Assembly: GCA_951406725.2 (NCBI GenBank)
Contig: OX597832.1
Span: 18,662,001 to 18,726,000, forward strand
From: Octopus vulgaris
Lineage: Eukaryota
Direction: 5' to 3'
Length of the DNA: 64,000 nucleotides
Every line of letters begins with the position of its first letter. Position 1 is the stretch's first letter. The notes beneath the pieces were generated by a model that was given only the letters and a program-made list of their open reading frames with translations, did no database searches and was not told where the DNA came from. This document shows, piece after piece, positions 51,277-64,000 of the stretch. A program made the position numbers and the translations under genes.

Positions 51277-51336
<60 letters not shown>

Positions 51337-51588
51337 CAGTGTTTGGGCCTGTGTATGTTTGTGTTTGCGTGTGTGGGATTTTGTGTGCGTGTATATGAGT
51401 GTATGAGTGTGTGTTCGTGTGTGTGTGTGTGTGTTTGGTTTGAGTATTTAAGAGAAATGCTGTCTTCGAAAGTAAAACAGAAACGGAAAGAAAATAGGAA
51501 CAAACAGAAAGATTCCCTCTCCCACCCACTTTTACACACATACGCATATATTGTATCAAAGGAAATGCGAAATAAATTGCATGTATGC

Positions 51589-51635
<47 letters not shown>

Positions 51636-51720
51636 CGTGTGTGTGTGTGTGTGTATGTTTGTGTATGTGCATGCGCGCGAATGTATGTGTGTATGTGCGT
51701 ATTTATGTATGTGTGAGGGA

Positions 51721-51768
<48 letters not shown>

Positions 51769-52408
51769 GTACAAGCATTCACACACACTTATATATGTGC
51801 GTGTATGTGTTTGCGTGTATGTCCGTTTGTGTGTGTAACTCTGTGTCTGTGTGTGTGCGTGTGTGTTATATGAATAGACGTAAACGATAACAAACAAAAA
51901 CAAAAAAAGAAAAAGAAAAAAAAAATTGCGACTAAGGGATGAGAAGCAAGGGAACAAAAACTCCTCATTTATAAAAGATAGCCGAAACGATTTCCGGTTG
52001 TAGCGCCATCAAATTTCATTTTGAAAAACTCAATAATCCTTAATACGGGAAGCCATGAGCTTCAATTACCCAACACAATGAGGTCTGTGAAGAGATGTTT
52101 GCACTCAGTAGGCAGTTATCAATAGTGTGTGGAGTCGGAGTAAACAGAAGGTCAGCACATGAGATCAACCGATTGATTTAAACTATGGGACCGGGGTTCA
52201 CTTAATCAATCATACGTCTCCCCACCCCCCATCATACACCCACATTTTTATGGGGTTTTGCATTCTGTTGTTGATGTTGATCTTTAATTCTTTCTTCCTT
52301 CACCCACCCACCCTCTGTTTTTGTTTTTATATAACGTAACCAGCTTCGAGATTCCGTTACAGCTGATATAATCAATCAAGTATGGGATTAGTTGATTTCC
52401 AAAGGATG

Positions 52409-52440
<32 letters not shown>

Positions 52441-52812
52441 TCTCTCGCTCTCTTTCTCTCTCCATTATATTGTTGTAATTGTTGTTCTTACTGCCGTTCT
52501 TGTTGAAGTCGATCTTGCTCCTGTTTATTTTTTTTGCTGTTTTGTTTTTAGAAACATTGATGTTTTTCTTTGCTTTGTTAACATTTTGTGTTTTCTTTTC
52601 TGTTTTTCGTTTTCGTTTTATGAGAAGGAGGTTTCTTGCCGGCCATCACCTTTCTTCATATATTATATATATTCTATCTCTTTCTATCTCTCTCTCTCTC
52701 TCTCCAAACCGCCACAGTTATTCCCTACCAGCTCCTATTATATGATCAATGTTTGTCTTAGGTTTTTCATTTACTTTGTTAGGTTTTCTTATTCATATAC
52801 GCGCACTTATAC

Positions 52813-52880
<68 letters not shown>

Positions 52881-52938
52881 ATGTATGTTTATATACATAC
52901 GTATATATGTATATAAACATACATATATATGTTTATAT

Positions 52939-52977
<39 letters not shown>

Positions 52978-53024
52978 TATATAGATATATATATATACAC
53001 ACACACACAAAAAACACACACACA

Positions 53025-53063
<39 letters not shown>

Positions 53064-53288
53064 TAAATGTATGCATGTGGTGAATATATACATACACGCG
53101 TGGACCCATGTATATATGTGTCTGTGTGTAACGCGTCTATGTATGTGTGTGTGTGAGTGTGTGCTGTTTGGTATTTGTGTTGGTTTTAATGTTCTTTCTT
53201 TTTTTCGTACTTTAGTATCTCTGTACTCTTGAAGTCATATTGTAATTTAGTTATTTCATTGCAGTGAATGAGAGGGTAAGAAAGAACG

Positions 53289-53319
<31 letters not shown>

Positions 53320-53718
53320 GACTTAGAGAGACTGAGAGAGAATGTAAAAAGGAAACAAAATAGAGGGAGAGAGGCTGGCATATTGACAGACGGACAAAAA
53401 TATAATGAGACAGAGAGAGAGAGATATAGAGCGAGATAGTGAAGGACGGTAGGAGTAGGCGGTTCATGAATTTAATTTGGTTTTGCTTTTATTAGTCATT
53501 AGAGAAAGATAAACATAAAGTAAGTAGACACTTCTAATTAAGAAGTGTCTGGACGAATGAGACGCTTAATACCACTCATTTGCAATGTCCTCTTCATATT
53601 GTTGCTTTTAAATGACCTATGACGTTTATCCATAGATGTCCTTGCTAGAATTTAACAGACGTTATTGTTTCCTGGTTTATTGAGAAAAGTATCACACGGT
53701 AGTATTAGGTTTGCAACG

Positions 53719-53776
<58 letters not shown>

Positions 53777-53812
53777 TATATGTAATTATATATATATGTG
53801 ATATATTCATAC

Positions 53813-53847
<35 letters not shown>

Positions 53848-53919
53848 CATATATATACATTTATATATATGTATATTGAATATATTTATGTATATATATG
53901 TATAAATATATTTGTTACA

Positions 53920-54090
53920 TTTTATTTCATTCTGTCATTTGACTGTGTCCTAACTGGGGCACCGCCTTGAAGGGTTTTTTAATCAAATAAATCGACCCCA
54001 CGAGATTTTAAAGCTTAGTACTTACTTGTTCTATCGTGTCTTTTGCCGAACCGCTGTGTAACGGGGACGTAAATACAGCAAAACCTGTTG
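53920..54090 (-). mobile_element. SINE family A 3' fragment
   Basis: GGGGCACCGCCTT..AATCGACCCCA..TTTTGCCGAACCGCT..ACGGGGACGTAAA. Confidence 0.7.
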
Positions 54091-54354
54091 CTGATCGCAG
54101 CGTGTGACATGCGCATACTCGTGTTACAGAAGTGGCAGTGTGTGTAGAGAGCAGTAAAGAAATTAAAGCAATTTAAAGTCATATATTCAGCACTTACGTA
54201 TACAGTACTTATTCAAGATATAAGAAACTAAAGGAAGATGTTGCAAACAATACTTTGGACCCAGCATGAGTTAGACGAGTAGTGCCTGAGCGTCCAGAAT
54301 GCTATCATAAATGACAACCATGGATCACTTACACGATGAAAATATCTTCAGTAC

Positions 54355-54510
54355 TAATATTCCTTGCTACTATAGGCCCCAAGCCTGAAATTTGTGTGTG
54401 GGTAGACGATTCGATTACATTAAATGCATCATTTGAATCGTACGTTTTTCATTGACCCCGAAAGAGGGAAAGGCCACGTCGATCGCGGCAGAATTTGAAC
54501 TCAGAACTTA
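54355..54510 (-). mobile_element. SINE family B fragment
   Basis: GACCCCGAAAGAGGGAAAGGCCACGTCGATCGCGGCAGAATTTGAACTCAGAAC. Confidence 0.7.
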
Positions 54511-55023
54511 GAAATACGAGGAATCGAATTTCTTGCTATATCAAACAGCAACACCCATAAATATCATATAAAATGAATAATATATGTAAAAATATGATAT
54601 TAATCGATGTCATTGGTTATTAAGCCTGAAATTGCAGAGAGTAGACAAACTACTAATTTCCGTTAAATTATACCCTTACTGTCTTAAATAAAAACATAAT
54701 GGATATGAAATCCTAGACACAAAAAGTATAGGAATCTTACGTCTTGAATGAAATTGGTTATAAGACTACTGATTGAATAAAAGCATGCAGAAAAAGAATT
54801 ATTGTTTCTTCAGCTCTTCTCAATGAAACGTATCGAAACGTATCACGGCAAATACATCCAGATATGGTTCAGTGGTTGAAAACATTAGGCAGCAAACAGG
54901 TAGTTTTATGGTTAGTCCCATGAGCATCTTGGGTTAGCATCTTGTCTTGTAGCTTTTGGCCAATCAGAGAATATCGCAGGCAGCAACTTTGAAGACAGTT
55001 GTATGTACGTGTGTGTGTGCGTA

Positions 55024-55117
<94 letters not shown>

Positions 55118-55118
55118 C

Positions 55119-55152
<34 letters not shown>

Positions 55153-55314
55153 AGACTGGAGACAGGTATTCTCTGTATAGAATACACTTCGTAGTGCTCA
55201 CGATATTTGAATTTGAGCACGTAGAGAAGTAAATGTAAGGACAAGCAAGTTAGCCAAGTCGATATTTAAAAATTGTTAAATTCATTTAATACAAAGTATG
55301 TACATATGTATACA

Positions 55315-56593
55315 TGAAGTCATCCCATAAGTTCTTTCCGAATTTTGAATAAAGAAAACGAGTGGTCAAATGTTATGTTTAATTGAAATTTAATCATCAA
55401 TGTACTTTCCCTGATTATCTATGTCTTCCTTCCATCTATTTACAAGCTTTTTAATCCCATCAACGTAAAACTCTTTTGGTTTTAAAGTGAAGAACTCTGA
55501 AATGTCAGTTTCCACCTCCTTCTTGCTTGTAAAAGTTACGTCACCCAAATGATTCTGTAAACTACGAAACAAATGATAGTCTGAAGGACCAAGGTTGGGA
55601 GAATTAGGTGAATGAGGAATCTTTTCCAAACCAAGCTCTTCGATCTTCTGTGATATGATCTTTGAAGTGTGGGGTCTCGCATTGTCCTGATGAAACAACA
55701 CTCCTTTTCGATTCACTAGAACGGGTCTTTTTTTCTTCGAAGCTTGGTTCAAACACTAATTGCTGACAGTAGAATTGAGCATTGATTCTTACATTAGGTG
55801 GTAACAATTCAAAGTGAATTACTCCTTTGCAATCCCACCAGATAGGGAGAAGAACCTTTTTTCCATGAAGTTCCCTTCTCTGTTGTGGTTGAGCTTTTTC
55901 CCTTTTACCAAGCCACTCTTTACGACGGTTAACATTTCGATAGAAGATCGATTTTTCGTCTCCAGTCACAAGTCTATCCAAAAAGGTTGACATGAGTTCG
56001 TGAGAATGAAGAGAAGAGTAGATATCAACTCAGGATTTGCGGTTGCTTTCGGACAATTCATGAGGCACCTATTTTCCAAGTTTAGGAACATTTCCAAGTT
56101 GTTGAAGATGACGATGAACTGTTGTATGGTTTGAACTAAGCTTTATTGTGAATTCTGATAATGCAGGATTTTCGTCAAGTAATACCTCAAGGAGCTTATC
56201 ATCAAACTCAACTGGACGTCCTATTCCATCTTCATCTTCAAGGCTGAAATTTCCACTTCTAAATTTTGCAAAACATCTTCTGCAAGTTCTTTCATTCAAG
56301 CATTCTTTCCCATAAGATGATTGTATGTTTCGACTCGCTTCGGCTGCAGAATTTCCACTTTTGTACTCATAAAGCTTTAAGTACCTCAAATGCTTTTTGG
56401 ATACTTCCATGTCAGAAATGGTTTTAATCAAAGAAATTTTAACCTATTATTCTGTAAAATAATATTTAATTTTTTTAAATGTACACAAATGCCTAAAGAT
56501 AATGTTAAATTCCATTAGACATTCTGAAATACCATTCAATTTCATGGTATTTTAAAAAAGCTAAAATCGGTCAGAACTTATGGGATGACCTGA
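55315..56593 (-). mobile_element. Full-length mariner (Tc1/mariner, DD34D) transposon, inactive
   Basis: About 30-bp TIRs (TGAAGTCATCCCATAAGTTCTTTCCGAATTT / AAAATCGGTCAGAACTTATGGGATGACCTGA), TA at the right flank, ~1.28 kb long. Confidence 0.95.
55390..56410 (-). pseudogene. Mariner transposase pseudogene
   Basis: HTH N-terminus (GNSAAEASRNI..ERTCRRCFAKFRSGNFSLED..GRP), WVPHEL mutated to *VPHEL, VTGDEK, HQDNARPH, and SPNLGPSDYHLF with 34 residues between the last two Asp. Contains a nonsense mutation and frameshifts. Confidence 0.95.
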
Positions 56594-56689
56594 TATATTT
56601 TATTGAATTCTTATTTACACAGAATGGACACAATATTCTTTCCATTGTGTGTAAGTTCGACTTCTTTTATATATATATATATATATATT

Positions 56690-56746
<57 letters not shown>

Positions 56747-56819
56747 ACATAGATAATATATATATATATATATGTATATAGACAGACTGCCTGATAGTTG
56801 CGTGGTGGGGTTGTTTATG

Positions 56820-57062
56820 TGTGTATGTGTCTGTCTTTGTTTGCTTCCCCACCGTTTAACAAGAGGTTTTTTGTTATATATGTGCTAGAAACCTAGCGGT
56901 TCAGAAAAGGTACTGATAAAATATGAACCAGTTTTTTTTTAATGATAAAATAAAAGAAATATAAAGAAACATACGTATGAGTGTCAATTTGTTCGACTCA
57001 AACTTTTCAACGCGTTGTCATAGCACGGGACGCAGTCCAAAGAATTAAACATTTAAAAGATA
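56820..57062 (+). mobile_element. SINE family A 3' half, old
   Basis: CCTAGCGGTTCAG..GATAAAAT..TTTGTTCGACT..AGCACGG..GCAGTCCAA remnants. Confidence 0.5.
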
Positions 57063-57739
57063 AGATATTTTTACATGTACCAGCACTGGGAAATGCATCG
57101 GTGTGTGTGTGTAAGGGTAAATGCATACATACGCCTATCTGTTAATAAATCAACAATTTACAGTGTGTACGGGTACACAGCACTGCATGAAATGAATCTG
57201 TATAGGTGCGCTTGAATGTCGATGGCAGAAATCAACATGTTATGGGATCAGAAATGATAATGTCACATAATGGGGCAGGTTTAATGTTTTACTAAAGCTA
57301 TCTGATAATGGCTGTTGTTTTGTGAAGATGCATTTGTGATCTTTGTAATGTTGATAGCTGATATAATTAATTTTCAGCCCTCGTTCTTTCGTTATTCGCT
57401 TCCATTTGGGTATGAGTTCGCGAGGCTGGGGAGTAGGTGAGTAAGTAAGTATGAGATGATACGCGGAAAAATAATTTTTAAAATTTATGAAAAGATAACT
57501 TAACTAAAATAGAAAAAAAGAAACACAGAAAAATCTACTAGAGATAAAAAGTCTGAAATTGCAGATAAACGGATAGAATGAAGGTGTATATGTGCATACA
57601 TGCATATGTGTGTATTTGTGTGTTTATGTGTGTGTGTATAACATTGTATGTACATGTACCAAAATATGTGCATGTGTATCTATCTGCCCATTTTTATATA
57701 TATATAAACGTACATCTCTATATATACGCCTATATACAT

Positions 57740-57862
<123 letters not shown>

Positions 57863-58390
57863 TACATATAATTTTATATACATATATAGGTTATTAAATA
57901 CATATATAATACAATACACATTACACACACACAAACATACAATAACACATATATTTCGATGTAGATACATGTATATACATAGAGTTTCAATTTTTTTATA
58001 TTTCCTTTATATAAAAGCTCATCTATATTCATTTTAATGTGTTGATGATAGGAAAGTTAAAGAGACCTGATAGCTTTCATACATATTGCTTTTGTCAGTT
58101 AAACACACACACACACACACACACACACAACCACATTCTGACGTATGCACAATCATACTTACTCATGAAGAAATAAGAAAAAAAAAATTTAATATGCAGT
58201 TGTTAAATGTTAAATGTGTTATGATAATTTCCATAATTAAATAGATAACAAAATATCAGTAACAATACAGTTGAAAAAGGAAGTTAAACAAAAAGTAAAA
58301 TACGAAAAGGAAAAGAAAAGAATTTAAGAGCTACAGTTCCCATACGTATATAAATACATACATACATAGATACATATACATATGTGTATA

Positions 58391-58478
<88 letters not shown>

Positions 58479-58632
58479 ATGGAAATATAAACTCGTATAG
58501 AGTTTATATATGAATATAGAGAAAACGTCACTTATGACGATGTAGAAGCAAGTGAGCAGAAACGCACAGATAATGCGGCGTTATTTCACACACGGTGATA
58601 CTGAGACACACACGCTTACATGTGTATGTGTT

Positions 58633-58680
<48 letters not shown>

Positions 58681-58760
58681 TATACACACATATGTTTGTG
58701 TATGCATGTATAAATAGATATGTATAAATAATTATATGTACAAACACATTTGAAATATTC

Positions 58761-58923
<163 letters not shown>

Positions 58924-59619
58924 AGTATTTATGGGATGGACGGATGCACATATATGTCATATATATGAACGTAGCACATAATGTATATATATATATATAT
59001 ATTATGTGCTACGTATATATATACACACACACATGTGATGCTATTGAGAGACATTGAAAGAGAGATTCAATGAGTCTTTTGAGTTGCTTATTACCTGACA
59101 ATTTTATATGTATTCCTTTCCAAGTCTCAGTTGTAAAAATCAAAATAGAGAAATATACTAAATAAATTAAAACAAAACCGCCCGAAAAGCAAACCAAACA
59201 TTATACATATATATATATAAAAAAAAGAATTGCAATGAAACAACTAAAAATATACCCATAGTTGTAGTAAATTTTAATTTCTATGTGAAATTGCTATCTA
59301 AAGAAAAAAATTACATATATATATATATATTTAGGTTATTGATAATTTATTAATTAATTAGTGAATATATTTTTCACACTCTCATTAATTTAACCCCCTG
59401 CTACTAACTATTGAAATTTATCCTCATCTAACCTGATATAAATTTAAAGTTATGAAAATTGTCGCAACATTCTGGAATCTATTCTTTTGTGTATCTATTT
59501 AGATCTGTGTTATTTTGTTCAATATTAAATTAGGAATTTGACAAGATATATTTCCGAAATTTCAACTTAAAGTAACTTCTTTTGTGACACAGCTTTCCTT
59601 ATTTAATTCACCCAGCCTG

Positions 59620-59935
<316 letters not shown>

Positions 59936-60275
59936 AACCAAACTGTCTATCAATGTATGCTATTCTCTCTAAATACACATACTTAAGTGCGTATATACAT
60001 ACATATATATATATATATATCATACGATTTCAATGTATCCTACCTCTCTGCATGCATTTAAGCAGATTTTCTCTGATGCACATATCACTTGCCACCCGCT
60101 TGTCACTTCTGTTCATCTTACCATTTCTGATTTCCTGCTCCACGTACCGGGTCCGAAATAAACCGGTTTCATACAAAGCGAAATTAAATATTTCATATAA
60201 TTGAATTATCTCCACTATATTCCTATGGATATATGTGCCTACAATTATATATGAATCCTTATCTATTGAGTATGC

Positions 60276-60326
<51 letters not shown>

Positions 60327-60438
60327 TAGATATATGTATATATATATATATATAAATAAATATTTATATACTTCTGTATATATATATCCACATATACGTC
60401 CGTATATGTATATATATGTATTTATATATATTTATCTA

Positions 60439-60522
<84 letters not shown>

Positions 60523-61248
60523 CATATATATACATATACAGACTTATATGTGGATATATAGATAGATAGACAGACAGTCAGATATATATGTACAAACTTA
60601 GTTATAGAAATGTTTGTAGGTATATATATGCATCGCCCTTACATAAATTTATACGCTTATATATATGTGTGTATTTGTCTGTGTACGCGTGTGTCCCTCT
60701 GCTTGAGTGTGTCCGTGTATGTGTGTATCAATGCATCTATATTTGTGTTTGTAGAGAATCTCATTGTTAACAATTATATATCAGGTTAGTGCAAATATAA
60801 TTACAATTTCTTACCCTGAACATTAAATCAATATATTTCAACTGAGATATAATATCAATCTGAATTTAAACATTTCTGTTTCCAAGTACCACTTTCATAT
60901 TTTCTGTCATCGTAGAAACATTTAGTTTTCGTTAAATAGATTCTTGTTTATTGCTTTCCATTATTTAGATCTTGTGTTTTTATCGTCTACAAGCAAAGGA
61001 TGCTAAGGATTTTATTGTCGTTGCGATTCGAAATACGTGTACCGACAGTAGTCATGCCCTCAATAGAGGTAGAACGGGGAGATTTAGGTAACAGCTAAGA
61101 TCATGTCACAAGAATGCACCAATAGAAGAGATTCACAAACTGCAATTTCCATATTTAAAAAAATATATGACAGAATATTATTATACGAACGTTTCCAAGA
61201 AATAAAAGAAATGCAAATAAAATGGCGTTGTTATTCATAGTTTGCGAA

Positions 61249-61572
61249 AGCGCATGGATCAGTGGTTTATAAATCTGTGAATGCGCATGGATCGTGAGGT
61301 TGTGAGTTCGATTCCTGGACAGGGCTGTGTGTTGTGTTCTTGAGCAAGACAATTTATGTCGCGTCGCTCAGCTGTAGAAATGAGTTGCGACGTCACTGGT
61401 GCCAAGCTGTATCGGTCTTTGCCTTTCCCTTGTATAACATCAATGGTGTGTCGAGGGGAGGCTGGTATGTATGGGCGACTGCTGGCCTTCTACAAACAAC
61501 CTTGCTCGGACTTGTGCCTCTGAGGGTAATGTTCTAGGTGCAAACCCATGGTCATTCATGACCGTAAGAGTC
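61249..61572 (+). mobile_element. SINE family C
   Basis: Homologous to 8711-9000 (TGTGTTCTTGAGCAAGAC, GTTGCGACGTCAC.GGTG.CAAGCTGTATCGG, CGGACTTGTGCCTC, CATGGTCATTCATGACCG). Confidence 0.85.
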
Positions 61573-61629
61573 TCCTCCTCCTCCTCATTATTTAGTATAT
61601 AATGTTACTAGAAATCAGTTCGAATATGA

Positions 61630-61898
61630 TTGTGGCACGTTCGACCCGATGAACAAGCTACTCACTGCGTTTTGTTACGGAAAATATATACCGTTATGTT
61701 AACAAATTGTGTGTATACCCCAATATCAGCCCGCAGCACCAGCTATCTAGACCGCGAGATGCAAGCATTTCGAAGTAGTTATCTCTTCTTCGGTCGCACA
61801 CTCCAGGCAAGCGGCGCTGCGAGCTGATTGAAGAAACTGACTTTCTTATATTTTTCCACTTGCCATACGGCTTGTTCACCGGTTCGAACGTACCTCAA
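61630..61898. mobile_element. MITE-like element with ~29-bp imperfect TIRs
   Basis: TTGTGGCACGTTCGACCCGATGAACAAGC versus the reverse complement of GCTTGTTCACCGGTTCGAACGTACCTCAA (4 mismatches). No clear TSD. Confidence 0.7.
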
Positions 61899-62035
61899 GT
61901 AAATTCGGAATGATAATAACATTGTAATTTTACTTACCACTGCTTAGCACTCCACCTCTGATATTATTTATACAAGTAAAAGTTATTAACTATGTATTCC
62001 TTGTCAAACCCCGTCAAATAGACTTCTTAAATGAC

Positions 62036-62660
62036 TAAAGTAGTGGGCTTGTAGAATCGTTAACCTCGCCGTGTCAAAATTTTTATGGCATTTCGCCTGC
62101 CTTTACGTCCTAATTTCAAATTCTGTCGATGTTGCCTTAGCCTTTCATCTCTTCGATGTCGATTGTATATGGGCCATGATGGGATTGGGATCAATTATCC
62201 CTCAGCTCCTCGAAGTTCAGGCATTCTGTCCAGAGTACAACGAAAATTTCCTTAAATAACTAAGGCGGCGAGCTGGCAGATTCTTTACAAATGCGGGTAA
62301 AGTGCTTAGCAGCGTTTCATCTCTTTTCCCCTTCTTAGTTTATATGTTCCATCAGTGTCCACTTTGCGTTCCATCCTTTCTGTATCGATAAAATAAGTAT
62401 AAGTGAAGTACTTAATTGGTATAATCAATTTAACGCCCTTACATTTTAATGGCTCCGTTCTAAGATTTGAGCCATTCGCCTGCATTTCTTAAATGATAAG
62501 TGACTCAACTGGCTGAAATTTTAGCGCGATGGACAAATGATCGGCCATCTTTATGTTCTGATTTCAGCTCTCACCGTGATAGGCTTCGCCTTTTACCATT
62601 CGTTGTCGATTAAATCTATTGGAGTCGATATAATGGACTATCCCCTTCTCCCCAAATTAT
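62036..62660 (+). mobile_element. Head-to-tail cluster of about 3 decayed SINE family B copies
   Basis: Heads near 62040, 62264 (GGCGGCGAGCTGGCAGA) and 62500, each followed by a Meta-like CCTTTCATC/CCATCCTTTC block. Confidence 0.65.
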
Positions 62661-63044
62661 ATAGGCTATCGCCTTCCTCGAATATTGTATGGGCATTCTG
62701 CGTATAGTAGAAATTATTCTGACTTAAATTAACTAAACAAGGATATGGCCGAGTCTTTTGCATGACGCCTTTATTCCAGCTGTTTTCACGGAATTCATTT
62801 TTTTTATAAAGAATAACATTCACATTCATCCATTCGATGCGGATAACATAGGTAAATATTAAGTACTGGGGACAGTACTACCCCACCGCATACATATGCA
62901 CGAGTGCGTGTGTGCGTGTGTCGTGTATGTGTGCGTGCATGTGTGTGTGTGTGTGTGTGTGTTTCATAAGATTAGTATTTCACGTATTCACGGAAGAAAA
63001 CAATTCTGTCAATGTATTTTGATGTAGTACAGCATTTTTTAAAT

Positions 63045-63432
63045 TTCTTTATTGCCCTCAGGGGTCTAAACATAGAAAGGACAAACAAGGACATACAAAG
63101 TGATTAAGTCGATTACATCGACCCCAGTGCGTGACTGGTACTTATTTAATCGATCACGAAAAGATGCAGGGCAAACAAAATACCGCTAAGCATTTCGCCC
63201 GGGGTCCTAACGTTTCTTATTTCTTTATTGTCCACAAGGGGCTGAACATAGAGTGGGCAATCAAATACAGAAAAAGAGATTAAGACGATTACATCGATTC
63301 CAGTGCGAAGCTGGTACTTAATTTTACCGACTCCGAAAGGACGAAAGGCAAAGTCGACCTCGGAGGAATTTGAACTCAGAACGTAACTGCAGATGAAATA
63401 CCGCTAAGCATTTCGTCTGGCACGTCGCCGCC
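63045..63432 (-). mobile_element. Two tandem SINE family B copies
   Basis: ATTTCTTTATTG.CC.CA tail at ~63045 and ~63220; GGCAAAGTCGACCTCGGAGGAATTTGAACTCAGAACG. Confidence 0.85.
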
Positions 63433-64000
63433 CAAAATTAGCACAGACTTTTTTGGTCCGCGTTGATTATTACCTTCCTTGTTATACTGATTTCATCTTT
63501 AGAATATCTTCCTTCTCTAAAGAAGTTTATTGTGACTTCTTGTGACTGGTGCGATAACAATTACATGCTCCATATCCTGCTTACTTCAAATCGGATATTT
63601 TGGTGCATTTTTGTATATTCCGACCTCTTTTTGAGCAACTGTTTTTATCAAAATCGAAGAAAGTTCTTCTTGGAGCGCGTATATTTACATTCCAGTTATT
63701 TCTTAATTGTCACAACTCATTTTGCAGAAGTGTACAATTTTGTCTCATATTACATGATTAATGTAAAACCCTTAGCCACCATTGCTTTGACTATAACGTC
63801 TATCATTATTTAAACCCTTATGTTCTTCCTTAGTAAACATTTGACGTTTATAGAATGTAATTTTCAAGTGATTCCTTTCAGGAATTTATTAATAGTAAAC
63901 TGAATTTATGATGACGTCTGAAGAATATTTGTAAAAAATATATAAGCTCAAGGAAAACTAAACATATAGTCAAAATTAATGCTGAGACTTCATCGACTCT

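Noticed and set aside
53526-53550. 10-bp perfect hairpin AGACACTTCT/AGAAGTGTCT (similar one at 58486-58508)
   Set aside because: Short enough to arise by chance or micro-template switching in 64 kb of AT-rich DNA.
60779-60812. TATCAGGTTAGTGCAAATATAATTAC resembling a mariner TIR
   Set aside because: Solitary and decayed, with no partner TIR or transposase.

Overview
AT-rich eukaryotic DNA, probably intergenic or a very large intron. The dense (TA)n/(CA)n/(GATA)n/(CATA)n/trinucleotide microsatellites and the recurring tRNA-derived CORE-like and Meta-domain-like SINE families suggest a coleoid cephalopod (Octopus); this is an inference. I found no intact host protein-coding gene, and almost all ORFs in the track are microsatellite read-throughs. 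Recognisable content: about 25 SINE copies in four families; a full-length but dead DD34D mariner (55315-56593); a Helitron helicase remnant and a complete non-autonomous Helitron; Hero, R4/Dong-like (three tandem RLE fragments), CR1 and RTE-like LINE remnants; MITEs; several Penelope-like terminal repeats with degenerate hammerhead-like cores; two minisatellites; and many fold-back inverted repeats. The most unusual element is a ~1.7 kb retroelement with UTR-like flanks that encodes only an ORF1/gag-like protein (RRM-like plus CCHC knuckle) and no reverse transcriptase. There are also two orphan candidate exons, one bracketed by an inverted duplication. All family assignments come from motif recognition by eye, not database searches.
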